From the NCBI GenBank assembly GCA_023474835.1, contig JAMCXQ010000026.1:1-42020 (forward strand): 42,020 nucleotides of DNA. Reading direction: 5' to 3'. The stretch's first letter is position 1. Every line of letters begins with the position of its first letter. The position numbers and the translations under genes are program-made. Shown piece by piece: positions 1-7,969 of the stretch. The notes under the pieces are model-generated. The model searched no databases. It was not told where the DNA came from and worked only from the letters and a program-made list of their open reading frames with translations. The stretch is from Patescibacteria group bacterium. GTDB lineage: Bacteria > Patescibacteriota > Minisyncoccia > Minisyncoccales > CG1-02-41-26.

Positions 1-132
1 CGGTGCTTGTTTGTTTTTCATTTGACTTATCAGGCGCAAAACAAAACATTAACATCAAAAGAAACGGGTGAAATCCAAAAAAAGATAATTGAAGCATTGG
101 AAAAAAACACAAACTGGAAAGTGAAAAGATAA
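1..132 (+). CDS. Partial CDS, C-terminal 43 codons of an unidentified protein entering from upstream of the window
   Basis: Frame 1 is open from nt 1 to TAA at 130-132 (...QAQNKTLTSKETGEIQKKIIEALEKNTNWKVKR*). The sequence looks protein-like and helical. No family recognised. Confidence 0.3.
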   Translation, partial: RCLFVFHLTYQAQNKTLTSKETGEIQKKIIEALEKNTNWKVKR

Positions 133-149
133 TAATCAGAAATTTTGTT

Positions 150-2180
150 ATGGCAAAAAAACAAACAAGCACCGACAGTTCAAACTACACCGCCAAAGAC
201 ATTTACGTTTTGGAAGGCCTTGCTCCGGTGAGAAAACGCCCGGGTATGTACATCGGCTCAACCGGCCCGGACGGCCTGCACCATTTGGTTTGGGAGGTTG
301 TGGACAACTCGCTGGACGAAGCAATGGCCGGATATTGCACGCAGATTGAGGTCACCTTGCAAAAAGACGGCAAAGTAAAAGTGGCTGACAACGGCCGGGG
401 CATACCGGTTGAAAAACATCCCCAAACCGGCAAGTCCGCTCTGGAAACGGTAATGACCACTTTGCACGCGGGCGGAAAATTCGGGGGAAGCGCCTACAAA
501 GTGGCTGGGGGGCTGCACGGTGTGGGCGTTTCAGTGGTTTGCGCCCTGTCAAAATACATGAGAACCGAAGTGTGCAGAGGCGGCGAGCTTTACGCGCAGG
601 AATATGAAAAAGGCAATGTAAAAGCTCCGGTGAAAAAAATCGGCAAGTGCCAGAAAACCGGCACCACGCAAATTTTTGAACCCGACCCCGAAGTTTTCAA
701 AGAAATAATCTTTGACCGGAAAAGAATTTTAAGCCATTTGCGACAGCAGGCGTATTTAACCCCCGGCATTAAAATCATTTTCAAAGACGATAGAAAAGAC
801 CAAAACTTCAGTTACGGTTTTTTCTTTGACGGCGGCTTAAGGTCGTATGTGCGATACTTAACCGGCGGGGCCGGAACGCACCACAACAATATTTTTTACG
901 GCAAAGGCGAAAAAGAGGATGTTTTCGTGGAAATCGCCCTGCAATACGCGAAAGAAATGGAATGCCTTGAAGAAAGCTTTGCCAACAACATTTACACCGG
1001 CGAGGGCGGTATGCATTTAACCGGTTTCAGAACCGCCCTAACCAGAACCATCAACGATTACGCCAGAAAAAACGGGCTCTTGAAAGAAAAGGACGAAAAC
1101 TTGCTTGGCAACGACATGCGAGAAGGTTTGATCGCGGCAGTGTCGGTGAAAATCAGGGAAACCCAGTTTGAAGGCCAGACAAAAGCCAAACTGGGCAATC
1201 CGGAAGCCAAAACAGCGGTTGAGGCGGTGATGAATGAAACGTTTTCGGCTTTTTTGGAAAAAAATCCGCAGGACGCGAGAGCAATCGCGGAAATCTGTCT
1301 GCTTTCAGCCCGGGCGCGCATAGCCGCCAGGGCCGCAAAAACAGCTGTTTTGCGCAAGGGGATTTTGGACGGCCTGACCCTGCCAGGCAAACTGGCCGAC
1401 TGTTCGTCGAAATCAGCGGAAGAATCGGAGCTTTATCTGGTTGAAGGCCCTTCGGCCGGCGGCTCCGCCAAAAGCGGCCGGAACCGGAGATTCCAGGCGA
1501 TTTTGCCGTTAAAAGGAAAAATTCTCAACGTTGAACGGGCGCGCCTGGACAGACTTTTGTCGTCGGAGGAAATAAAAGCAATAGTGATCGCTCTGGGCAC
1601 GGCCATTTCTCAGGATTTTGACATTGGAAAATTAAGATACCACCGCATTATTATAATGAGTGATGCGGATGTCGACGGCGCTCACATAAGAACCCTACTT
1701 TTGACTTTGTTTTACCGCCATTTCAGGGAAATCATTGAAAATGGCTATTTATACATCGCCCAGCCGCCGCTTTATAAAATCCAGTCGGGCAAACAAATGC
1801 AATACGCCTACATTGAGTCCGAAAAAGAGGAAATTTTAAGTGAAATCGCCAAACAAAAAAAAGAGCAGCCCAAAAAAGAACAGCCGGCCGCCAAAAAAAC
1901 AGTTGAAGCAACAGGCGCGGATGGAGAAGAACCGGATCAGGCCGTTGAGCAAAAAATCAGCGGAGTCAATGTGCAAAGATACAAGGGCTTGGGCGAAATG
2001 AACGCAGAAGAGCTGTGGGAAACAACAATGAATCCTGAAAACCGCATTTTGCTCAAAGTCACCATTGACGACGCCAAAGAAGCCGACCGGATGTTCGACA
2101 TTTTAATGGGCGAGGAGGTGGCTCCGCGGAAAAAGTTTATCCAAACGCACGCAAAAAATGTCAAAAACCTAGACGTGTAA
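150..2180 (+). CDS. gyrB: DNA gyrase subunit B
   Basis: 676-aa ORF. GHKL ATPase motifs (RKRPGMYIGSTG, HHLVWEVVDNSLDEAMAG), Toprim motifs (EGPSAGGSAK, SDADVDGAHI) and the C-terminal QRYKGLGEMN...APRKKFIQTHA tail. Confidence 0.97.
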   Translation: MAKKQTSTDSSNYTAKDIYVLEGLAPVRKRPGMYIGSTGPDGLHHLVWEVVDNSLDEAMAGYCTQIEVTLQKDGKVKVADNGRGIPVEKHPQTGKSALETVMTTLHAGGKFGGSAYKVAGGLHGVGVSVVCALSKYMRTEVCRGGELYAQEYEKGNVKAPVKKIGKCQKTGTTQIFEPDPEVFKEIIFDRKRILSHLRQQAYLTPGIKIIFKDDRKDQNFSYGFFFDGGLRSYVRYLTGGAGTHHNNIFYGKGEKEDVFVEIALQYAKEMECLEESFANNIYTGEGGMHLTGFRTALTRTINDYARKNGLLKEKDENLLGNDMREGLIAAVSVKIRETQFEGQTKAKLGNPEAKTAVEAVMNETFSAFLEKNPQDARAIAEICLLSARARIAARAAKTAVLRKGILDGLTLPGKLADCSSKSAEESELYLVEGPSAGGSAKSGRNRRFQAILPLKGKILNVERARLDRLLSSEEIKAIVIALGTAISQDFDIGKLRYHRIIIMSDADVDGAHIRTLLLTLFYRHFREIIENGYLYIAQPPLYKIQSGKQMQYAYIESEKEEILSEIAKQKKEQPKKEQPAAKKTVEATGADGEEPDQAVEQKISGVNVQRYKGLGEMNAEELWETTMNPENRILLKVTIDDAKEADRMFDILMGEEVAPRKKFIQTHAKNVKNLDV

Positions 2181-2274
2181 CCCAAGAGCCCGTTAAAATG
2201 CAAAAGGGGGTCGGGGAAAAAGAATTTTTCCCCGCGGCGGAAATATTAAAACCGAAGGGTTTTAAGGAGCGAAG

Positions 2275-2359
2275 CGACATTTTAATGGGCGAGGAGGTGG
2301 CTCCGCGGAAAAAGTTTATCCAAACGCACGCCAAGAACGTGAAAAATCTTGACATTTAA
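2275..2359 (+). pseudogene. Orphan duplicate of the last ~27 codons of gyrB (displaced 3' end)
   Basis: Positions 2275-2359 repeat 2096-2180. The first 57 nt are identical. The last 28 nt differ mostly at synonymous positions (AKNVKNLDV* vs AKNVKNLDI*). There is no upstream coding context. Confidence 0.75.
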
Positions 2360-2364
2360 TTCCA

Positions 2365-2393
2365 TTGACAAAAAGCCGATAGGGGAGTATTAT
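2365..2393 (+). promoter_or_regulatory. Sigma70-like promoter upstream of secE
   Basis: TTGACA (2365-2370), a 17-nt spacer, then TATTAT (2388-2393). It lies 44 nt upstream of the secE ATG. Confidence 0.45.
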
Positions 2394-2404
2394 CAAAGTA
2401 ATAG

Positions 2405-2424
2405 AGCCCCGGGAGGGGCTTTTT
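2405..2424 (+). terminator. Short GC hairpin plus T-run: weak intrinsic terminator or 5'-leader hairpin
   Basis: agcccc-ggga-ggggct (6-bp stem, GNRA-type loop) followed by tttt. It lies downstream of the putative promoter and 12 nt before the secE ATG, so its role is ambiguous. Confidence 0.3.
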
Positions 2425-2436
2425 AGAAAAAACCCT

Positions 2437-2628
2437 ATGAATTCGGGAGAGAAAATAAAAACGTTTTTTAAGGAAGTGGCCACCGAGGGCAAAAAAGTTG
2501 ACTGGCCGTCCCGCCAGAAAACTTTGCGCTACACCGCCATTGTTATCGGTATTTCAGCGGGCGTGGCAATATTTTTGGGCGCCTTGGATTTGCTCTTTGT
2601 GACGGTTTTGGGCAAATTCTTTTTATAA
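2437..2628 (+). CDS. secE: Preprotein translocase subunit SecE
   Basis: 63 aa. Carries the KEVATEGKKVDWPSRQKT motif followed by a single TM helix, and sits in the canonical position before nusG. Confidence 0.85.
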   Translation: MNSGEKIKTFFKEVATEGKKVDWPSRQKTLRYTAIVIGISAGVAIFLGALDLLFVTVLGKFFL

Positions 2629-2640
2629 ACGATTTAACGC

Positions 2641-3186
2641 ATGCCAAAGCAAACCCTGCAACAAAACAGAAACTGGTACGTGCTGCACACTTATCCGGGT
2701 GAAGAAGAAGCGGTAGCGCGGAATCTGAAACAAAGAATTGAAAGTCTGGGTATGGAAGACAAAATCTTCAATGTTTTGGTGCCCAAAGAAAAGAAAATCA
2801 AAATCAAAAACGGCAAAAGAAAGGTTATTGAGGAAAAAATTTATCCCGGGTACGTTTTCGTGGAAATGACCGTGACCGACGACTCCTGGTACGTGGCGCG
2901 CAACACGCCCCGGGTTACCGGCTTTATCGGCTCGGGCACAACGCCCATTCCGGTTTCCGACAATGAAATGGACATTCTGCAAAAAAGAATCGGCATCGAA
3001 GCTCCCGAGTATAAAGTTGATTTTTCCGTGGGCGGTTTGGCCCGAATCATCGACGGCCCGTTCAAGGATTTTGAGGGAAAAATTTCGGAAATTGACAAGG
3101 AAAGAGGCAAACTCAAGGTTTTGGTCAATATTTTCGGCAGAGACACGCCCGTTGAAGTGGACTCGCTGCAAGTTAAAAAGATTTAA
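2641..3186 (+). CDS. nusG: Transcription termination/antitermination factor NusG
   Basis: 181 aa. NGN domain (WYVLHTYPGEEE) and KOW motif (ARIIDGPFKDFEGKISEID). Synteny secE-nusG-rplK. Confidence 0.95.
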   Translation: MPKQTLQQNRNWYVLHTYPGEEEAVARNLKQRIESLGMEDKIFNVLVPKEKKIKIKNGKRKVIEEKIYPGYVFVEMTVTDDSWYVARNTPRVTGFIGSGTTPIPVSDNEMDILQKRIGIEAPEYKVDFSVGGLARIIDGPFKDFEGKISEIDKERGKLKVLVNIFGRDTPVEVDSLQVKKI

Positions 3187-3194
3187 AAAAGTTT

Positions 3195-3617
3195 ATGGCA
3201 AAAAAAATCAAATCATTGGTGAAACTTCATATTGAAGCGACAAAAGCAACGCCCGCCCCGCCTATTGGCCCGGCTTTGGCTCCCCACGGCATCAACATCA
3301 GCGAATTTTGCAAGCAGTTCAACGACGCCTCGAAAAACCAGGCCGGGTTTAAGCTGCCCGTTGACATTATGATTTACGAGGACAGGACTTTTGATTTTAA
3401 GCTTAAAACCCCGCTTACCTCCCAGCTGCTCAAGAAAGCCGTGGGTATTGAAAAGGGTTCGGGCCAGCCCAACAAAAAGAAAGTAGGCAAAATCACGCGC
3501 GAACAATTAAAAGAAATCGCCAAAACGAAACTGCCCGACTTAAACACCAAAGACATAGAGCGGGCGACAAACATAGTGGCGGGCACCGCCAAAAGCTTGG
3601 GCCTGGAAATTGTATAA
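3195..3617 (+). CDS. rplK: 50S ribosomal protein L11
   Basis: 140 aa. Contains the PAPPIGPALAPHGINISEFCKQFN motif typical of uL11. Confidence 0.97.
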   Translation: MAKKIKSLVKLHIEATKATPAPPIGPALAPHGINISEFCKQFNDASKNQAGFKLPVDIMIYEDRTFDFKLKTPLTSQLLKKAVGIEKGSGQPNKKKVGKITREQLKEIAKTKLPDLNTKDIERATNIVAGTAKSLGLEIV

Positions 3618-3639
3618 TCGGCAAGAACAAAACAAAAAA

Positions 3640-3681
3640 GAGGTCAAAGCCAAATACTTGGCTTTGACCTCTTTTTTGTTT
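3640..3681. terminator. Strong intrinsic (bidirectional-looking) terminator after rplK
   Basis: Perfect 14-bp stem gaggtcaaagccaa/ttggctttgacctc with loop atac. It is flanked by an A-run upstream and ttttttgtttt downstream. Confidence 0.8.
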
Positions 3682-3690
3682 TGAAAAGTT

Positions 3691-3699
3691 TGCTATAAT
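3691..3699 (+). promoter_or_regulatory. Extended -10 promoter element for tmk
   Basis: TGcTATAAT at 3691-3699. The -10 ends 8 nt before the tmk ATG (3708), implying a leaderless or near-leaderless mRNA. No good -35. Confidence 0.35.
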
Positions 3700-3707
3700 A
3701 GCCCAAT

Positions 3708-4424
3708 ATGCAAAAAAACCAAAAACAAAAAGGCAGGCTCATTGTTTTTGAAGGCATTGACGGCTCGGGAAAATCAACCCAAACCAACCTTTTGATAGAA
3801 TATCTGAAAAAAGGAGGGTGGCAAACGGAAAAACTTGATTTCCCCCGTCACGGCGAAACAGCCGGTATTTTCGTTGACAATTATCTGCTGGGCAAATACG
3901 GCACGGCCGAAGAAGTGGGGCCGTACAGAGCGTCCATTTTTTACGCCTGCGACCGCTATGACGCTTCGTTCAAAATCAAAGAATGGCTGGGCGGCAACAA
4001 AATAGTGGTTCTTGACCGATATGTCACTTCCAACATCGGGCACCAGGGCGGAAAAATCAGCAGTAAAAAAGAACGAAGCAAATTTTTTAAGTGGATTTTT
4101 AACCTGGAATTCAAGCTTTTTGCCATACCCGTGCCCGACATCACCGTATTGCTAAAAACGGGCGCGGAAATTTCCTTGAAATTGTCGGGCACAACCGCCG
4201 ATAAGGAGAAACAAACCCGTCTCAAATCATATCTGGGCAAAGAGAAAAAAGACATCCACGAAAAAGACAGGGGACATTTGAAAAACGCGCTGGATTCGTA
4301 TTTGCAGGCGGCAAAAGAATTTCCGGATTATTTCAAAGTTATTGACTGCGTGCAAAATAACAAGTTATTGGCGCCGGAAATCATTCATCAAAAAGTCGTG
4401 AAAGCTATCCGAAAAATTTTATAA
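3708..4424 (+). CDS. tmk: Thymidylate (dTMP) kinase
   Basis: 238 aa. P-loop FEGIDGSGKSTQ, a DRY-type motif (CDRYDAS) and VVLDRY. Confidence 0.9.
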   Translation: MQKNQKQKGRLIVFEGIDGSGKSTQTNLLIEYLKKGGWQTEKLDFPRHGETAGIFVDNYLLGKYGTAEEVGPYRASIFYACDRYDASFKIKEWLGGNKIVVLDRYVTSNIGHQGGKISSKKERSKFFKWIFNLEFKLFAIPVPDITVLLKTGAEISLKLSGTTADKEKQTRLKSYLGKEKKDIHEKDRGHLKNALDSYLQAAKEFPDYFKVIDCVQNNKLLAPEIIHQKVVKAIRKIL

Positions 4425-4428
4425 AAAT

Positions 4429-5100
4429 ATGTTATCAGCAAAACAACTGGCCAAAATCATTGACCAGACGAACATTGACCCCAAAGCCACTGTCAAAGAC
4501 ATCAAAAAAACCTGCCAGGAAGCGAAAAAATACGGCTTCCGGGGGGTTTGCGTCAATCCGCAGTGGATTGGCGCGGCATACGGCGAATTGCGTGGCAAAA
4601 ACATAAATATTGAGGCTTTGATTGACCCGCCAATGGGCCTGAGCCCGCATTTCAAACGGCTGGAAACATGCCAACAGGCGAAAAAAGACGGGGCCACGGA
4701 ACTTGACGCGGTAATGAACGTTATTGACTTGAAATACGAAAGATATGACGACGTTCTGGCTGACCTCAAAGAAATCTGCAAAATTCTTCCTACAAAAGTG
4801 ATTATCGGCTCGGGCTATTTAACTGACAGCGAAATAGTCAAAGCCGCGGAAATCGTCAAAAGCGCGGGCGCTTTTTGCGTTAAAACAGCCACCGACAAAG
4901 ACCCGCTGGAAAACATTGAAATGGACGAAAAAGCCAGACATCTGAAACTGATGAGGCGGGGAGCGCCCGGCCTTAAAATCAAAGCATCGGGCAAAATAAA
5001 AACCCTCAAAGACGTTTTAATGATGATTGAAGCAGGAGCGGATATTATCGGCACAAGCAACGGAATGGAAATACTAAAACAATTAAAAGCTAAAAATTAA
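4429..5100 (+). CDS. deoC: Deoxyribose-phosphate aldolase family protein (divergent)
   Basis: 223 aa. IDQTNIDPKAT and VCVNPQW motifs, Schiff-base-type CVKTAT, and KASGKIKT...GADIIGTS at the C-terminus. Confidence 0.75.
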   Translation: MLSAKQLAKIIDQTNIDPKATVKDIKKTCQEAKKYGFRGVCVNPQWIGAAYGELRGKNINIEALIDPPMGLSPHFKRLETCQQAKKDGATELDAVMNVIDLKYERYDDVLADLKEICKILPTKVIIGSGYLTDSEIVKAAEIVKSAGAFCVKTATDKDPLENIEMDEKARHLKLMRRGAPGLKIKASGKIKTLKDVLMMIEAGADIIGTSNGMEILKQLKAKN

Positions 5101-5101
5101 A

Positions 5102-6625
5102 ATGGAATACGAAACAACAATCGGCCTGGAAATCCACATTGAACTGAACACCCGCTCAAAAATGTTCTGCTCCTGCCCCAACGATTCCAGCGAAAAAACG
5201 CCAAACGCCAATGTTTGCCCGGTGTGTTTGGGGTACCCGGGCACTTTGCCGGTTATAAACAAGACTGCTGTAATGAAAGTAATTAAAACCGGCCTGGCTT
5301 TGAACTGCCAAATCGCCGAGAATAGCTTTTTTGAAAGAAAAAATTATTTTTATCCGGATTTAGCCAAAGGATACCAGATATCACAATATCAAACTCCGCT
5401 TTGCAGCGGCGGATACTTGGATATCAAAACCCGCGATGAAAACGACGCCCGGAATTTCCAGGCAAAAAAGATAAAAATAGAGAGAATACACTTGGAGGAA
5501 GACACCGGCAGTTTAATTCATCCCCAGGGAACCGACTATTCGCTGGTAAACTTCAACAGAAGCGGCGTGCCCTTAATGGAACTGGTTAGCGAGCCCGACA
5601 TTCATTCCTCGCAGGAAGCCAGGGAGTTTATCAAAGAGCTGCAACTTATTTTGCGCTATCTCAATGTTTCTGCGGCAGATATGGAAAAAGGGGAAATGAG
5701 GGCGGAAGTGAACATCAGTTTGCGCCCCCAAACAGACAAATCCCAAAAGTTAGGCACAAAAGTGGAAATAAAAAACCTTAATTCCATAAAAGCGGTGGAA
5801 AAATCCATTGATTACGAAATAAAAAGGCAGGCCGAAATTCTGCAGAAAGGCGAAAAGATCGCGCAGGAAACAAGGGGCTGGCACGACGCAAAAGAAATAA
5901 CGTTTTCCCAAAGAGAAAAGGAATCGGCCCACGATTACCGCTACTTCCCGGAGCCGGACTTGCCGCCCCTGAAAATCAGCCGGGAAATAATCAATGAAAT
6001 AAAATCAGAAATAGGGGAACTGCCCGGCCAAAAAAGAGTTCGGCTTAACGATGAGTACGGCTTGGCTGAAAAAGAAATCGAGCTTTTCGTGAACCAGCGG
6101 GATTTGGGCGAATATTTTGAAAAAGTGGTTTCCGAGCTGAAAATATGGGAAAAAGAAAAAGAGCGCAATTTAACTCCCGAGCACTGGCAACAACTGGTTA
6201 AACTCGCTTCCAATTATATTGCCACTGATTTGCAGGCATTGTTAAAGGAAAAGGGGATTGCGGTTTTTGACGAAGGAAAGTTCAAAATAAGTCCGGAAAA
6301 TTTCGCCGAATTTTTGACCCTTCTTTTCTCCGGAGAAATTTCAAGCAAAATAGCCAAAATGGTTATGGGGGAAATGTTCCACAAGGGCAGGGACCCTTCG
6401 CGGATTATCGAAGAAAACAACTGGCAAATGGTGTCAAACGAAAGCGAAATATCATCAATAGTAAAAAAAATTATCAAAGAAAATCCCAAAGCAACAGACG
6501 ATCTTAAAAAAGGCAAAAAAACATCCTTGCAATTTCTTATCGGACAGGCAATGGCAAAAACAAAAGGCAAAGCCAACCCCGATGTTTTGAAAAATCTTAT
6601 TGAAAAAGAAATTTCCGTTTCTTAA
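5102..6625 (+). CDS. gatB: Asp-tRNA(Asn)/Glu-tRNA(Gln) amidotransferase subunit B
   Basis: 507 aa. YETTIGLEIHIELNTRSKMFCSC, VCPVCLGYPGTLP and RIHLEEDTG, plus a C-terminal GatB/YqeY-like tail. Confidence 0.95.
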   Translation: MEYETTIGLEIHIELNTRSKMFCSCPNDSSEKTPNANVCPVCLGYPGTLPVINKTAVMKVIKTGLALNCQIAENSFFERKNYFYPDLAKGYQISQYQTPLCSGGYLDIKTRDENDARNFQAKKIKIERIHLEEDTGSLIHPQGTDYSLVNFNRSGVPLMELVSEPDIHSSQEAREFIKELQLILRYLNVSAADMEKGEMRAEVNISLRPQTDKSQKLGTKVEIKNLNSIKAVEKSIDYEIKRQAEILQKGEKIAQETRGWHDAKEITFSQREKESAHDYRYFPEPDLPPLKISREIINEIKSEIGELPGQKRVRLNDEYGLAEKEIELFVNQRDLGEYFEKVVSELKIWEKEKERNLTPEHWQQLVKLASNYIATDLQALLKEKGIAVFDEGKFKISPENFAEFLTLLFSGEISSKIAKMVMGEMFHKGRDPSRIIEENNWQMVSNESEISSIVKKIIKENPKATDDLKKGKKTSLQFLIGQAMAKTKGKANPDVLKNLIEKEISVS

Positions 6626-6640
6626 AAATAAATTAATTTT

Positions 6641-7963
6641 ATGGAAAGAACATTAATCGTTCAAACACCCAATTTTCTGGGCAAAGAAGTCCGCGTTAAA
6701 GGCTGGGTCAATTCCCGAAGAGACCACGGCGCCATTGTTTTTTTGGATTTAAGGGACGCAAGCGGGCTTTTGCAGGTGGTAGCTTCCTCTGAAATTGCCG
6801 AGGACATAACCGACGAATACGTGGTAGAAATAGAAGGACAAATTAAAGAACGGCCGCGCTCCATGGTCAATGCCGCTCTTTCTACCGGACAGGTGGAACT
6901 GGAAGCGAAAACGATAAAAGTTATAAGCAAAGCCGAAGTTCTGCCTTTTGATTTGAAAGAGATTGAAAAAGTAAGCCTGCCGGTTTTATTGGATTTTCGG
7001 CCCCTGAGCTTGCGGCACGAAAAAATAAAAGCGATTTTCAAAGTCGAAGAAGCCGTTATTGAAAGTTTCCGCGCCTTTCTCAAAAACAGGGGGTTCACGG
7101 AAATCCAGGTGCCCACCATTGTGCCAACTGCCACGGAAGGAGGATCGGAAGTTTTCAAAGTCGACTACTACGGCAAAAATGCTTTTTTGGCGCAAAGCCC
7201 GCAATTTTACAAACAAATAATGGCAGGGGTTTTTGAGAAAGTCTACACTTTGGCTCACCTTTACCGGGCCGAACCCAGCGTAACCACCAGACATATGTCC
7301 GAATTTCTGGGAATGGACGCTGAAATGGGCTTTATTGAATCCTGGGAAGAAATCATGGAAACAGCAGACGCTGTTATTAAAAACATTTTCAAAACGCTGG
7401 AACAAAAATGCCCTGCCCAATTGACTCTGCTTAACGCCACAATGCCGTTGGTAACGGACAAAACCCCCAGGTTGAAAATGCGTGAAGCCCAGGAAATCAT
7501 TTTTCAAAGAACCGGCCGCGACAACAGAGCCGAGCCCGACTTAAGCCCCCAAGACGAACGGGAAATTTGCCAGTGGGCAAAAGAAACCGGAAATTCGGAC
7601 ATTATTTTCATTACCCATTACCCGACGAAAAAAAGGCCTTTTTACACCCAGGAAGACCCGAACGACCCGGAGTACACTTTGAGTTTCGATGTTCTATGCC
7701 GCGGCCTGGAAATTGTAACAGGCGGGCAAAGAATCAACGATTACCAAAAACTATTGAACAATGTCAAAAAATGGGGCAATAAGCCCGAAAATTTTGATTT
7801 ATATCTTCAGGCATTCAAATACGGAATGCCGCCCGAGGGCGGGTTCTGTTTGGGAGCGGAAAGAATAGTCAAACAAATTTTAGGCCTGGAAAACCTCAGA
7901 GAAGCCAGCTTGTTCCCGCGGGATATGTCCAGAATTGATTTCCGGCTTTCCAGGGAGGAATAA
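6641..7963 (+). CDS. aspS: Aspartate--tRNA ligase, archaeal/type-2 form (possibly non-discriminating)
   Basis: 440 aa. Class II motifs (FRAEPSVTTRHMSEFLGMDAEM, GGQRINDY, YGMPPEGGFCLGAERIV). The length and layout match the short archaeal-type AspRS. Confidence 0.85.
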   Translation: MERTLIVQTPNFLGKEVRVKGWVNSRRDHGAIVFLDLRDASGLLQVVASSEIAEDITDEYVVEIEGQIKERPRSMVNAALSTGQVELEAKTIKVISKAEVLPFDLKEIEKVSLPVLLDFRPLSLRHEKIKAIFKVEEAVIESFRAFLKNRGFTEIQVPTIVPTATEGGSEVFKVDYYGKNAFLAQSPQFYKQIMAGVFEKVYTLAHLYRAEPSVTTRHMSEFLGMDAEMGFIESWEEIMETADAVIKNIFKTLEQKCPAQLTLLNATMPLVTDKTPRLKMREAQEIIFQRTGRDNRAEPDLSPQDEREICQWAKETGNSDIIFITHYPTKKRPFYTQEDPNDPEYTLSFDVLCRGLEIVTGGQRINDYQKLLNNVKKWGNKPENFDLYLQAFKYGMPPEGGFCLGAERIVKQILGLENLREASLFPRDMSRIDFRLSREE

Positions 7964-7969
7964 AAATAT

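Noticed and set aside
1852-1950. Lys/Glu/Pro-rich insertion in GyrB (KQKKEQPKKEQPAAKK…) considered as an intein or foreign insert
   Set aside because: It is short, low-complexity and located in the known variable linker before the QRYKGLGEMN tail. No intein splice motifs are present.
2213-2233. Hairpin ggggaaaaa-gaa-tttttcccc as the gyrB intrinsic terminator
   Set aside because: It is a perfect 9-bp stem but is followed by gcggcgg rather than a U-tract, so it is not called as a terminator. It is retained only as part of the duplication-spacer observation.
2623-3171. 182-aa ORF antisense to almost the whole of nusG
   Set aside because: The sense strand encodes an unmistakable NusG. The antisense translation has no recognisable motifs and is a typical shadow ORF.
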